A stretch of DNA of 64,000 nt from Flavobacteriales bacterium (GCA_965660305.1 CBFHZD010000005.1:7886-71885), one strand, 5' to 3'; numbered from the stretch's first letter, positions 1-9,525 are shown. A program made the numbers and translations. Notes: a model not told the origin generated them from the letters alone.

Positions 1-681
1 AAACAAATAATTATTTGGCAAATATTTCATGGCCATAACCATCTCCTCTGCTCCTCTGTCCAAGTTTATTCCCGCTCCTTGTAACAACAAAATATATTTG
101 TCTTTAGGTAATTCTAATTCTGTTCTAGAAACGTAATTCACTTTTTGCTTTCGTCTAGGAATATTTCTCACCACTTTTACCTCTACTCCATATTTTTGCT
201 CGTAAATATGTGCTATTGAGTCGCACACTGTATATACTGATTTGAGCTTCGGAAAAATCAATCGTTCTATCTTTAGCCAAGTCTTTTTAGCCAGAGAACC
301 CTCTTTTAGTTCAGGTACCTCAGTAAAGTATTCATGCGAATCATAAACCAGTTCAGAATTTCTGAAACGAGCGACCAAGTAATTAGCTAATAGAGTATCG
401 AGGTCGTTAGACAGAAAAACACTATGTTTTTTGAACAGCAAATAAAAAAACAACCTGAAATTAAGCTCGGCATAAAACAAAGCTCCTTTTTTAAATAAAA
501 ATCTTAGTCTTTTGGTGTTGTAATTTCTTGGGGTAAGCGCTAAACTATTCGGTAATTTTCTTCCAACCAAGGTAACTTCAAACCCCATTGAAACAAGCGT
601 ATTGCAAACCTTATCTACTCTCATATCTGAGAATAAATCATTGGAAACCGATACATATATCCGATTGGTGGAGTGAGTCAT
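1..681 (-). CDS. glycosyltransferase (group-1/GT4-like), N-terminal 227 codons; 3' end runs off the window
   Basis: Absent from the ORF track because no stop lies in the window. The reverse frame is open from ATG (681-679) to base 1: MTHSTNRIYVSVSNDLFSDMRVDKVCNTLVSMGFEVTLVGRK...YILLLQGAGINLDRGAEE. The layout resembles the N-terminal Rossmann half of GT4 enzymes. Confidence 0.55.
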   Translation of the reverse strand, partial: MTHSTNRIYVSVSNDLFSDMRVDKVCNTLVSMGFEVTLVGRKLPNSLALTPRNYNTKRLRFLFKKGALFYAELNFRLFFYLLFKKHSVFLSNDLDTLLANYLVARFRNSELVYDSHEYFTEVPELKEGSLAKKTWLKIERLIFPKLKSVYTVCDSIAHIYEQKYGVEVKVVRNIPRRKQKVNYVSRTELELPKDKYILLLQGAGINLDRGAEEMVMAMKYLPNNYLF

Positions 682-689
682 TGTAAGAT

Positions 690-2027
690 TTATTTAGCTT
701 GTTTTTCTACTCTATCTCTGGGTACAAAACTGAGTAAAATAAATGCCAGAACAAAAAATACAGCAATACAAATAATGGAGTTTCTCATGCTTCCAGTTAT
801 CTGTTCCAAAAATCCAAACATGAACATTCCCAAAACAATTGCTAACTTCTCGGTTACGTCATAAAAACTGAAGTAAGAAGAGGTGTCCTCCGTAGGTGGA
901 AGAAATTTAGAATAAGTGGAACGAGAAATAGATTGCACTGCACCCATCACCATACCTACCATAGCGGCAGTAATGTAAAACTCAAATGGAGTAATGATAA
1001 AATAAGCCCAAATCACGATACAAATCCAAGCGAACAAAATGATTTGCAATGTTTTTATATTACCAATTGCTTTGGAAACTCTTGCCATTCCTATAGCTCC
1101 AGGAATCGCAATCAATTGAATAAGCAAAATACTAATGATTAACCCTGATGATTTATCCCCTTCAGAAGGCCAGGCTATTTCTTTAGCAGCAAAATATACA
1201 GCCACTAACATTACGGTTTGAACACCGGTACTCAGCATGAAAAAGGCGGGTAAAAAACGTTTTAAACGCACATCAGCCATAAACTCAATATACACTGATT
1301 TTAACTCTCTGAATCCATTTCCCAAAATATGACGAGAGACTGTGTATTTATCCCAAGTATCTCTTACTCGGTAAAAGAAAACATGGCTAAACCCAAACCA
1401 CCAAATACCTGTTAATAGAAAACCAATGCGTGAAGCTTCCCCTTTAGAAATACCCAATTTTTCATTGTTCATCACCAACATAAGACAAACAATTAACAAT
1501 AAAACACTTCCAATGTACCCCATGGAAAACCCGCCAGCACTAATTCGGTCGTGGTCTTTTTTATCAGCAATCTCGGGTAAGTATGCGTTGTAAAAAACTA
1601 AACTTCCCCAAAACCCTATGAGAGCGAGAAAATAAAATAAAAATCCTAGTTCGATGCCTTGATATTGAAAAAAATAAAGCCCCATGCAGGAAAATGATCC
1701 GAGATAAACAAAAATCCGCATGAACATTTTTTTACGTCCGATGTAATCTGCTACGCCTGAAAGTATAGGCGAAATAAAAGCCACTAACAAAAACCCTAAA
1801 GCTCCAACGTAAGTAATTAACGAGGTGTTAATCCATTCAAAGCCAAAAGCTTGTACCATCACCTGCTCATGACCGTTCACGATTACCTCTTTCCCATTTG
1901 CTTTAGTCATACCTTCATAGAAAATAGGGAATATGGCCGAACTGATTACTAAATTATAGACTGAATTTGCCCAATCGTACATCATCCAACCTCGGATTGT
2001 TTTTTTGTTCCCTTTTTCTATTGCCAT
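690..2027 (-). CDS. MFS transporter, UMF1/Atg22-like family
   Basis: 445-aa ORF that is hydrophobic throughout (about 12 TM segments). The N-terminal IRGWMMYDWANSVYNLVISSAIFPIFY is typical of the UMF1 subfamily. Confidence 0.8.
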   Translation of the reverse strand: MAIEKGNKKTIRGWMMYDWANSVYNLVISSAIFPIFYEGMTKANGKEVIVNGHEQVMVQAFGFEWINTSLITYVGALGFLLVAFISPILSGVADYIGRKKMFMRIFVYLGSFSCMGLYFFQYQGIELGFLFYFLALIGFWGSLVFYNAYLPEIADKKDHDRISAGGFSMGYIGSVLLLIVCLMLVMNNEKLGISKGEASRIGFLLTGIWWFGFSHVFFYRVRDTWDKYTVSRHILGNGFRELKSVYIEFMADVRLKRFLPAFFMLSTGVQTVMLVAVYFAAKEIAWPSEGDKSSGLIISILLIQLIAIPGAIGMARVSKAIGNIKTLQIILFAWICIVIWAYFIITPFEFYITAAMVGMVMGAVQSISRSTYSKFLPPTEDTSSYFSFYDVTEKLAIVLGMFMFGFLEQITGSMRNSIICIAVFFVLAFILLSFVPRDRVEKQAK

Positions 2028-2189
2028 GGTTTAAATATAGAGTAATTTTTAATTTTTTCAGAAAAATAAAAAATACAAATTCACTCACCTCGACTACAAT
2101 CTTAAAAAAACGATGAAACAAAATTAAGTTTTTGAGCAAATTATTACATTGATCAAAAACTACTTAGAGAAAAAAAGAGATACTTGGAA

Positions 2190-4070
2190 TCAATGTTTAA
2201 TTAATTTTTTAGTCACTGAACCTTTATCGTTAATCAGTTGTAAAAGATAGATCCCTTTTTGATAGTTTGACAAATCAATAGAATTGAAATTACTGTAATT
2301 GACTTCTAGAATTTGACCTGATAAATTCATCAAGTACATTACCTTAAAAGAAACATCTGATTGAACATTAAAAACTCCGCTACTCGGATTAGGATAGATA
2401 GCAACATCCGTAAACTCATTGGATGCAAGGCCAGTATTTGTATTATCAATTGGAAGAACTATTCGGCTGGGTGTTGCGCTGCCAACATGAATTTTGTTCA
2501 CAGCAACCAAAGGATTTAGAACGGAATCCAGATTATTACCAGGATACATTTCTCCTGCGTTATTCATATTTCTATTATACTTAGGGTAATTACTACTTGT
2601 AACAAGCAACCTTAATTTGTTCCCTGCTTTTATCGTAATTGCGGTATTTTGTAATTCGATAGTAACAGGATAAACAGCACCTCGTCTCATAAATGCTGTG
2701 TCAGAAACTCTGAATCCATTTCTAAATCTCATGCGTTGTATTCCATCCATGATAATCATGGATCGACCATCGGGATAAACTTCCGTTAATCGCACGGCAA
2801 CATCGGTATCCTTTCTGTCCGAACTGATATAAAAGTGAGCTTCTGGTTTACCTTTTATTTTTAAATCCTGCGAAGAAATGGAGGTCTCAAAAGTTAATAA
2901 ATCGGATCGCGATTCTACTAAAGGAGCTTGATCATAGGGCCCTTGAACCAAATCGTTTCTCATGGTTGCTCCTCCTATGGTAGGTGAAGGTGAATTAGGA
3001 TCGTAAGAAAAAGATAAACTATCTCTTGTAGATTGAGTCGTTTGAAGACTCCCATTTGACTGTAAATAATAATTTGTTGAAGTGGTATAACTAACTGGCC
3101 AATGGGTATCCTCTAGCCACTGTTCATCTCCCATTTGATAAAACATAACTGGAGGTTTTGAGTTCCAATTGTTTCCTATGTTTCTCAAATGAAAATCAAA
3201 AAATGCGAGAGCCATGGAGTCACTCATTCCTTCTCCATTTGGATAATTTAACTGGCCTTGATTGACAGAACCCACGTAAGACGTTCCATTACCTCCATGA
3301 GTCCAAGGACCTAACAATAGATGGTGTTTTGTGCCTAAGGGTAATGTTGAGTTTTGGGTACAAGTATCAAATTGAAAAATAGTGGACTCTATGTTGTGAT
3401 CGTACCAACCACCAATCATGAGCATTGGAATTTCTATGCTATCAGGATAAACAGATAAATTTTCTATAACCGACCAAGTTGCATTATAATATGGATTGCT
3501 AGAAATGGTGGAGGATATACCGAAACCTAAAATATCTAGCTGATCTATCAATTCCGTTCTGGCTACTCCACCCGAATAATAATGTTCATACATAAAATGC
3601 GGAGCTGCAACCAACGGAACAGCACAGGTAAGATGCGGAGGTTGTTTTTTTGCTGTCTCAAACTGAACGCTTCCTAGGGCAGAAGGTCCCCAAGTTCCAA
3701 TTTTACTTGTACTCCAAGGTTGAGCAGCTATCCATTCTACTAAATCATAACCGTCTTGCCCTGTTCCCAATCCAGGAATAGCTTTAGACAAGTTTGAAAA
3801 TCTTCCTCGCCAGTCCATAATCACAAAAGCGTAGTTACTTAAAGCTAAATTCCTTTGAATTCCTAAAGGCAAACCTAGTCGGTAACGATTTTTTCCATAA
3901 GGGGTTTGAATTAAAATTACTGGATATGATCCCGAAGCATTTGGAAGATATACATCCACTTCCAAACTGTCTCCTTGGGAAGTAGGAAACATAAACTGCT
4001 GAGGAACTAAAAGTTGTGAATACGAGAAACTCCCGAAAACCAGCGCCAGAATAACAAATAATACTTTCAT
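2190..4070 (-). CDS. CocE/NonD-family (peptidase S15-like) alpha/beta hydrolase with T9SS type-A C-terminal sorting domain
   Basis: Shows S15/CocE-like features (VYLPN..YPVILIQTPYGK, GTWGPSALG nucleophile elbow). The C-terminus AIYPNPSSGVFNV...GIYLLQLINDKGSVTKKLIKH is a Por_Secre_tail-type domain. Start moved to ATG 4070 (MKVLFVILALVFGSFSYSQ signal peptide), which removes the overlap with the upstream gene. Confidence 0.75.
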   Translation of the reverse strand: MKVLFVILALVFGSFSYSQLLVPQQFMFPTSQGDSLEVDVYLPNASGSYPVILIQTPYGKNRYRLGLPLGIQRNLALSNYAFVIMDWRGRFSNLSKAIPGLGTGQDGYDLVEWIAAQPWSTSKIGTWGPSALGSVQFETAKKQPPHLTCAVPLVAAPHFMYEHYYSGGVARTELIDQLDILGFGISSTISSNPYYNATWSVIENLSVYPDSIEIPMLMIGGWYDHNIESTIFQFDTCTQNSTLPLGTKHHLLLGPWTHGGNGTSYVGSVNQGQLNYPNGEGMSDSMALAFFDFHLRNIGNNWNSKPPVMFYQMGDEQWLEDTHWPVSYTTSTNYYLQSNGSLQTTQSTRDSLSFSYDPNSPSPTIGGATMRNDLVQGPYDQAPLVESRSDLLTFETSISSQDLKIKGKPEAHFYISSDRKDTDVAVRLTEVYPDGRSMIIMDGIQRMRFRNGFRVSDTAFMRRGAVYPVTIELQNTAITIKAGNKLRLLVTSSNYPKYNRNMNNAGEMYPGNNLDSVLNPLVAVNKIHVGSATPSRIVLPIDNTNTGLASNEFTDVAIYPNPSSGVFNVQSDVSFKVMYLMNLSGQILEVNYSNFNSIDLSNYQKGIYLLQLINDKGSVTKKLIKH

Positions 4071-4074
4071 TTTT

Positions 4075-4566
4075 TTACATATTTGGCACATACTTTTCTT
4101 CAATTACAGAAAGATGATGTTGCGTATGACCAGCTATAATATGAGCTATCATTTCTACCGATAACTCCTCTCCACTTGCCTTACCATTTCTGATAAGTGC
4201 CTCCTCTGACAATTGATTAAAGAACATAATAGTCGCACGATGAACCGCCACAAACTCATTTAACAATTGATCCTTGGTTTTACCATTAGCATTAGATTCT
4301 TGCGCATACAAATCGTGGTCGTATCCTGGAAGTTCGGTCTTGTCATTTCGGGCAAACCGCAATGCGCGATAAACGAATATACGCTCTGTATCAATCAAAT
4401 GTTGCAACAAATCTTTCAATGTCCATTTTCCTTCTGCATAGTTGAAATTCAATTCTTCTTCGGAAAGTGGTTGTATCAATTGTATCAGGTGATTATGGCT
4501 TTCCACTAATGTTGTTTCAATATCCGATGAAGTTGAAAGCTTTATGTATCGATCAAAGTAAGGCAT
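4075..4566 (-). CDS. DinB-family (DinB_2) four-helix-bundle metalloprotein
   Basis: 163 aa with spaced His residues (LLQHLIDTERIF ... IAGHTQHH) typical of the DinB/YfiT fold. No signal peptide. Confidence 0.7.
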   Translation of the reverse strand: MPYFDRYIKLSTSSDIETTLVESHNHLIQLIQPLSEEELNFNYAEGKWTLKDLLQHLIDTERIFVYRALRFARNDKTELPGYDHDLYAQESNANGKTKDQLLNEFVAVHRATIMFFNQLSEEALIRNGKASGEELSVEMIAHIIAGHTQHHLSVIEEKYVPNM

Positions 4567-4569
4567 AAT

Positions 4570-6807
4570 TTATTTGTTTTCTATTATTTCAAAAAGAACC
4601 ATTAGGTTCTTCTTTTTGGGTTCAGCATTGGAAAAAACAGTTATCGTTTTACGTTCCTCGCCAAACATTTGTTCCGTGTTTATCTCAGCTTTAATTTTTT
4701 TTGTTTCTCCCGGTTTTAATATAAATTCTTCCTGATTTATAACCGTACAACTACAAGACCCCTCCATTTTATTTATCTCCAAAAGAGCTCTGCCAGAGTT
4801 TCTGATTTCGAACTCAATTTCTATAGGAATCCCCTTTTTCCTTTTACCGAGCTGAATTAATTCTTTGTCAAAGGTAATTTGAGGAATGGAATCGCTAGAG
4901 CTTTTAAGGTTGATGGATTGAATTTCAATCTTTCTTTCTAGAGCTGCCGCCCTGCTATAAATCGAATTTCTTTTGTCGTTTATGTTATCGCTCACCAAAG
5001 CGCTAGCAGTAAATTCCCCAAAGGGTACTCGCTTTATAGTTAAACTCTTGTTTTGAAGATAGGTCCTAAATTTTCCAGAATCTATTTCCATCAAGTAATT
5101 TACTAAACTCGAAATTCTTCTTTCGGTTAAATTCACATTGTAATCCGTTTTTGCCAAAGGACTTGCAAAGCCCTTCACGGTCAATTCAATTTCTGCTCCT
5201 TTTTGGAGTTCCATAAACAGTAATTCAGTAAATAAACCTAAATCTTTAACTCCCTTTTCTACCTGTTCTTTAAAAAAATCTTGAATATCCAACACAGCCT
5301 CTTCTTCCTTTATCCCTGTCATCCCTTTAGAATATTCTGTTTCATAATTCGGTAAAAGCGCCATATAGTCCAAATAAGTTGACAAATAATTGAGGCTTGT
5401 TGTTTTGCTCGTGGTTTTTGGATTTGGTCTGTCGTTATGAAAATACAAAGTAACAGGTAGGTAGTCGTTCAGCTCTTCCAATGTTCTGATTTCAATCTCT
5501 TTTGGCTCTATTTCCTTTGGAAAGGTTACTGAATAAATATCATTGCAACAGGTAGATTGTTTATTGATACTCAAATCTGCTCTATTGGAAGCCAAATAAT
5601 TTACCTCATTTTGATTGTCAAGAAAATAATACAAATCGTTCCACCGGGAATTAATAGGAGCTCCCATGTTTTGAGGCCGACCAAATCTGAGAGGTGTTCC
5701 TTTTGAAATAAAAATATCAAAACCACCTAAACCAGCATGCCAGTCCGAACTGAAAAACAAATTGCCTGACGGAACATCATAAAACGGTGTGACTTCATCA
5801 TCTGGTGAATTGATTATATTTCCCAAATTCACTGGAGACTCAAACTCATCTTTTTCATTTTTCTTAGCATACCAAATGTCCATTCCACCGACTCCATCTT
5901 TTCTGTCAGATGAAAAAAACAAATGTTCTACTCCATTCAATTCGCAACTCATGGGTTGAGTTTCGGTAAAGGCAGCCTCATTTAATTTAAGGGCTTTTGG
6001 CTCCTTCCACTTACCATTTTGATACTCCGAAACATAAATATCACATAATGAATTAGAACCACAGCGAGTAAAATAAAACCTGGACTTATCGGTATTAAAA
6101 CAACCATTAGCTACTTGGTATTGCGGGGAATTTATCACCATGGGCAAATCCCTCACTTGTTGCCAAGCGGAATCTTTGTATTCTGCCTGATACAGTTTAA
6201 AACCATACAATTCATCAAAAACCTCTCCGTTTTCACCCATATTTTTTGCTCTCAACGATGCAAAAATCAACGAATTCTCAAAAGAAATTGGACTGATTTC
6301 AGATGCGCCAGAATTAACTCCGCTTCCTAAGTTTTCAACCTTAGCATCGGTTCTATATTTTTCGGTTCTTCGTGCAAAGGCAGAGGCTTTTATTTCTTGT
6401 TTTGCCTTTTTATTTTCATAGGAATTACTTTTTCTATAAATAGTTTTTACCCTTTTCCAGGTTTTATAACTCTCCAAGTAGTCTCCATTTATTTTTTGAA
6501 GAGTTGCCAACCAAAATACAGCTTTCGGGTATTCTCTTCCCCCATCTTTTTTATCTATTTTCTGATAATAATAAAGAGCACGTGAATACTCATGGGACAA
6601 TCTTAACGATTGAGCATACTGATACATTACCTCAATATCCAATGAATCAAAGGCTAAAGCAGTTTTGTAATGCAATGAGGCGCAAACAAAATCATTGTTT
6701 TCAAAGCAATTATCTGCAATTTTGAGGTATTGATTCCTTGATTGACCTAATCCCGAAAAGGAAACAATCAAACCGATGAAAAGCGATATTAAGTAGGTTC
6801 TACTCAT
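4570..6807 (-). CDS. TPR + PD40 (TolB-like beta-propeller) + degenerate OmpA-like + C-terminal DUF1573 protein
   Basis: Has a signal peptide and a TPR-like N-terminus. Repeated FFSSDR..GGxDI(W/F) PD40 motifs are present. The OmpA-like stretch is ELTVKGFASPLAKTDYNVNLTERRISSLVNYL. The C-terminal EGSCSCTV...LKPGETKKIKAEI is DUF1573-like. Its ATG overlaps the stop of the PorP/SprF gene by 4 nt. Confidence 0.7.
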   Translation of the reverse strand: MSRTYLISLFIGLIVSFSGLGQSRNQYLKIADNCFENNDFVCASLHYKTALAFDSLDIEVMYQYAQSLRLSHEYSRALYYYQKIDKKDGGREYPKAVFWLATLQKINGDYLESYKTWKRVKTIYRKSNSYENKKAKQEIKASAFARRTEKYRTDAKVENLGSGVNSGASEISPISFENSLIFASLRAKNMGENGEVFDELYGFKLYQAEYKDSAWQQVRDLPMVINSPQYQVANGCFNTDKSRFYFTRCGSNSLCDIYVSEYQNGKWKEPKALKLNEAAFTETQPMSCELNGVEHLFFSSDRKDGVGGMDIWYAKKNEKDEFESPVNLGNIINSPDDEVTPFYDVPSGNLFFSSDWHAGLGGFDIFISKGTPLRFGRPQNMGAPINSRWNDLYYFLDNQNEVNYLASNRADLSINKQSTCCNDIYSVTFPKEIEPKEIEIRTLEELNDYLPVTLYFHNDRPNPKTTSKTTSLNYLSTYLDYMALLPNYETEYSKGMTGIKEEEAVLDIQDFFKEQVEKGVKDLGLFTELLFMELQKGAEIELTVKGFASPLAKTDYNVNLTERRISSLVNYLMEIDSGKFRTYLQNKSLTIKRVPFGEFTASALVSDNINDKRNSIYSRAAALERKIEIQSINLKSSSDSIPQITFDKELIQLGKRKKGIPIEIEFEIRNSGRALLEINKMEGSCSCTVINQEEFILKPGETKKIKAEINTEQMFGEERKTITVFSNAEPKKKNLMVLFEIIENK

Positions 6808-7811
6808 AAATAATCAGGACATTTTTTAAACTTTTTGGATGTTACTCTCAATTGTTTCAGAATATAAATTGCTGAAAATTCAATCCCTCCTCTTCCATTG
6901 CTGGCTTGTCGCAAAGTAGATAAATTAATGTCATAACTCAATCCAAAATGCCAATTGTTATAGTCGTATTCGGCAGTAATGAAACCTGCATCTTTTGTTC
7001 TAAAAAAAAGACCAATGTAAGCTGCTTGCTGCGCCCCAACTGCTTCGCTCAAAATGTATTTTCCTCTTGCTCCCACAATGTACTCAAAATAAGCTCCTTG
7101 AGCCATAAAAAAGAGTGTAGGTATCACATCAATTTGAGTGGTAATATCAAACTGATAACTGGCATCGGCAGTAAATCTTCTATCCAACTCAATAGCTTGG
7201 TTATTGAAGTAGCTCTCGGTAGGTTTGGTCATATTAAATAAAGCCACTCCCAGTTTCAATTGTTTTCTTTCGTTCATTCTTTGCTCAAATCGCAGGCCTG
7301 AGTGAAGGTTCATAAAAGTTTGACGATTCGTAGAAAAGTTCTCTCTGGAAGGCAATCCTTGCTGAAACGAGAAACCATTGTACTGAGCATCGAACCTCAA
7401 CTCGTCATAACTCAAAGTCTTGTTTGTAATGCCCGATTGAATTCCAAGCGTAAGAAATTGATTCTCTGATAGTTTTAATCTGTAACTACCACCAAGATTA
7501 ATGACGCTAGTTGTGAATTTAGAATCTCCTGTATTGTCGTGACTAAAAATCGCTCCAACGCCTAATCCTTCAATCCCAAAGGCATTCTTCCAATCGCCAG
7601 TCATGCTTATTGTAGCGAATGGCACCGTTACAGCATTCCATTGATTCCGATAGTTTCCGGCAAACCTATAATCACCATCAAAAGAACCAATATTGCAAGG
7701 ATTAAGGGTAAGTGGTGAATTGTAAAACTGAGAAAAATGGATATCCTGTCCTTGAACTTTTGAAAAGTACAAAAGAAAAATCAGAAAAATTATGGGTGCG
7801 GTAAATTTCAA
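6804..7811 (-). CDS. PorP/SprF-family type IX secretion system membrane protein
   Basis: A signal peptide is followed by QDIHFSQFYNSPLTLNPCNIGSF, the hallmark N-terminal motif of PorP/SprF beta-barrels. The 335-aa length fits the family. Confidence 0.85.
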   Translation of the reverse strand: MKFTAPIIFLIFLLYFSKVQGQDIHFSQFYNSPLTLNPCNIGSFDGDYRFAGNYRNQWNAVTVPFATISMTGDWKNAFGIEGLGVGAIFSHDNTGDSKFTTSVINLGGSYRLKLSENQFLTLGIQSGITNKTLSYDELRFDAQYNGFSFQQGLPSRENFSTNRQTFMNLHSGLRFEQRMNERKQLKLGVALFNMTKPTESYFNNQAIELDRRFTADASYQFDITTQIDVIPTLFFMAQGAYFEYIVGARGKYILSEAVGAQQAAYIGLFFRTKDAGFITAEYDYNNWHFGLSYDINLSTLRQASNGRGGIEFSAIYILKQLRVTSKKFKKCPDYL

Positions 7812-7814
7812 TAA

Positions 7815-9494
7815 TTATTGAATTACAAGTTTCTCTATTTTATTGTCGTACCTCACGAAATAAATCCCTTTTGGCAATCCCATGGTTTTTATTTCGTTGG
7901 TTCGCTCTTGGGCGATTATTTTTCCTCTTACATCCATGAGGGTGAAACTCACAGCCTCGGAAAAGTGAACCGACCTTCCTGAAAGTATCGGATTTGGGTA
8001 CATAGAAATTCCTGAATACGAATTCTCCTCAATTCCTACCAGTTCATTGTCCTGAATGAACAGAGTATCACTCGCAACCGAACCAATTTTACCATTTGTT
8101 ACGGTGGTTATATTCAGAATTATCGTTTCGGTTGGCTCTGCATCCATATCATCAATTAAAAAAAAGGCTAGGCTATCTCTAATTTTTCCATTGGAAAAAG
8201 TAAACGTTCTGGGAAAAACAGAAGTTGTTGTGAAATCTTGATTTCTTGTAGCGGTGCTATTTACTGTATCTAAATCAATAGTAACCGAAACCACATCATC
8301 CAATTCATTGGACAGATTGAAAGAAACATAGTTTAAACCTGCACTCTCAGGTTTCGAAAGATTTGGATGATCAAAATTGGCAAAAGGTGGCGTTAAATGA
8401 TCCAGTACAAACAACCCTCTTCTTCTGTCTGATGCTAATATTTTCCCTGATGACAACAAAGGATAAACTCCCCAACATCCTTCACCTCCTGGGGCATTTG
8501 GACCTTGATAAGTATCATAATACCCGATGTTTTTCACATTAAACTTGTCGGAAATATCATATACTTGAACTCCATCGTAGTAGTAACTTATGTAGGCATA
8601 ATCTCCTTTAATTATCGGGTTGTGAGGTATTTGAGAATTATTAGGTAAAGCAGGACCTTCTAAATCAGTCACCTGAATGTTCGCCATATCCGAAACATCC
8701 ATAAACTTTGTTCGTTTTCCATGAGTCTCATCGCACATTACATAGGTGGTATCATCTTCCATCAAATACCCTGAATGGTTATAACCTTGATCTGGGTAGC
8801 TCGAAATTGACCCTAAGATAACTGGACTGGCTGGATTATTAAAATCAATAATATGCATCGCATTTTCATCATTGGTGTAAGCTATGTTGTCTTTCACAAA
8901 AATATCATGAACATACCCCACAAAAGAACTCCACCAAGTTACATCATTTTGTAAGTCGGTGATTAAAGTTGGTGCAGTTGGTGCAGAAATATCAATCAAC
9001 CTCAATTCATTATTTCCCAACAAAGAACTTCCTCCGCAGGTATAAAGAATTTCGTTTGTAGAATCAATAAAAATATTATGTGACCTTACCACTAAATTTC
9101 GACTGTCGTAAACAACATGAACTGAATCTGGCAAGAAAGATAAATCTGCTATTTGAAGGCTACTATTGGCTTGGTCACAAACCATGTATAAATATCCATT
9201 TCTTACCTCATAATCTCTGTGCGTTACATTCCCTCTGTATTGGCCTGGTACAAAATCTACTTCAACTAAATTACCAGGGTTCGATAGGTCTATGATATGA
9301 GCTCCTTGAGTAGAACCCAAGACTGCATACTCCACTCCTTTTTCTTCAAAACCAAATACTTCATTGTAGGTGAACCCGCCAGCATTAGTAGGAAGTGTTG
9401 TGTCGTTCCAATTTCCCAAAAGTCTAAAATTCTTGCTTTGACCTATCGCCTCAAACGAAATACCAATAAGCATAAACAGGAGTATATTTTTCAT
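7815..9494 (-). CDS. LVIVD-repeat beta-propeller protein (choice-of-anchor-B-like) with Calx-beta-like domain and T9SS type-A CTD
   Basis: Carries repeated xxIIDxSxPxxP motifs (AHIIDLSNPGNL, LRLIDISAPTAP, MHIIDFNNPASP, VQVYDISD). A Calx-beta-like block is present (NQDFTTT...LIDDMDAEPTETIILNI). The C-terminus is MYPNPILSGRSVHF...GIYFVRYDNKIEKLVIQ. Confidence 0.7.
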   Translation of the reverse strand: MKNILLFMLIGISFEAIGQSKNFRLLGNWNDTTLPTNAGGFTYNEVFGFEEKGVEYAVLGSTQGAHIIDLSNPGNLVEVDFVPGQYRGNVTHRDYEVRNGYLYMVCDQANSSLQIADLSFLPDSVHVVYDSRNLVVRSHNIFIDSTNEILYTCGGSSLLGNNELRLIDISAPTAPTLITDLQNDVTWWSSFVGYVHDIFVKDNIAYTNDENAMHIIDFNNPASPVILGSISSYPDQGYNHSGYLMEDDTTYVMCDETHGKRTKFMDVSDMANIQVTDLEGPALPNNSQIPHNPIIKGDYAYISYYYDGVQVYDISDKFNVKNIGYYDTYQGPNAPGGEGCWGVYPLLSSGKILASDRRRGLFVLDHLTPPFANFDHPNLSKPESAGLNYVSFNLSNELDDVVSVTIDLDTVNSTATRNQDFTTTSVFPRTFTFSNGKIRDSLAFFLIDDMDAEPTETIILNITTVTNGKIGSVASDTLFIQDNELVGIEENSYSGISMYPNPILSGRSVHFSEAVSFTLMDVRGKIIAQERTNEIKTMGLPKGIYFVRYDNKIEKLVIQ

Positions 9495-9525
9495 AAATGA
9501 GAATTTGATTCTTTCCCTAAATTAC

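Noticed and set aside
2119-2126. CAAAATTA (a minus-strand TAATTTTG box) considered as the promoter of the MFS transporter gene.
   Set aside because: It lies 92 nt upstream of the ATG, much farther than the 16-27 nt seen for the other boxes. In AT-rich spacer a chance match is plausible, so it is not reported as a feature.
4075-4566. The 'DinB' protein considered as a DNA-damage or translesion-polymerase gene.
   Set aside because: This is the DinB/YfiT four-helix-bundle metalloprotein family (163 aa with a His triad), not DNA polymerase IV. The shared name is coincidental.
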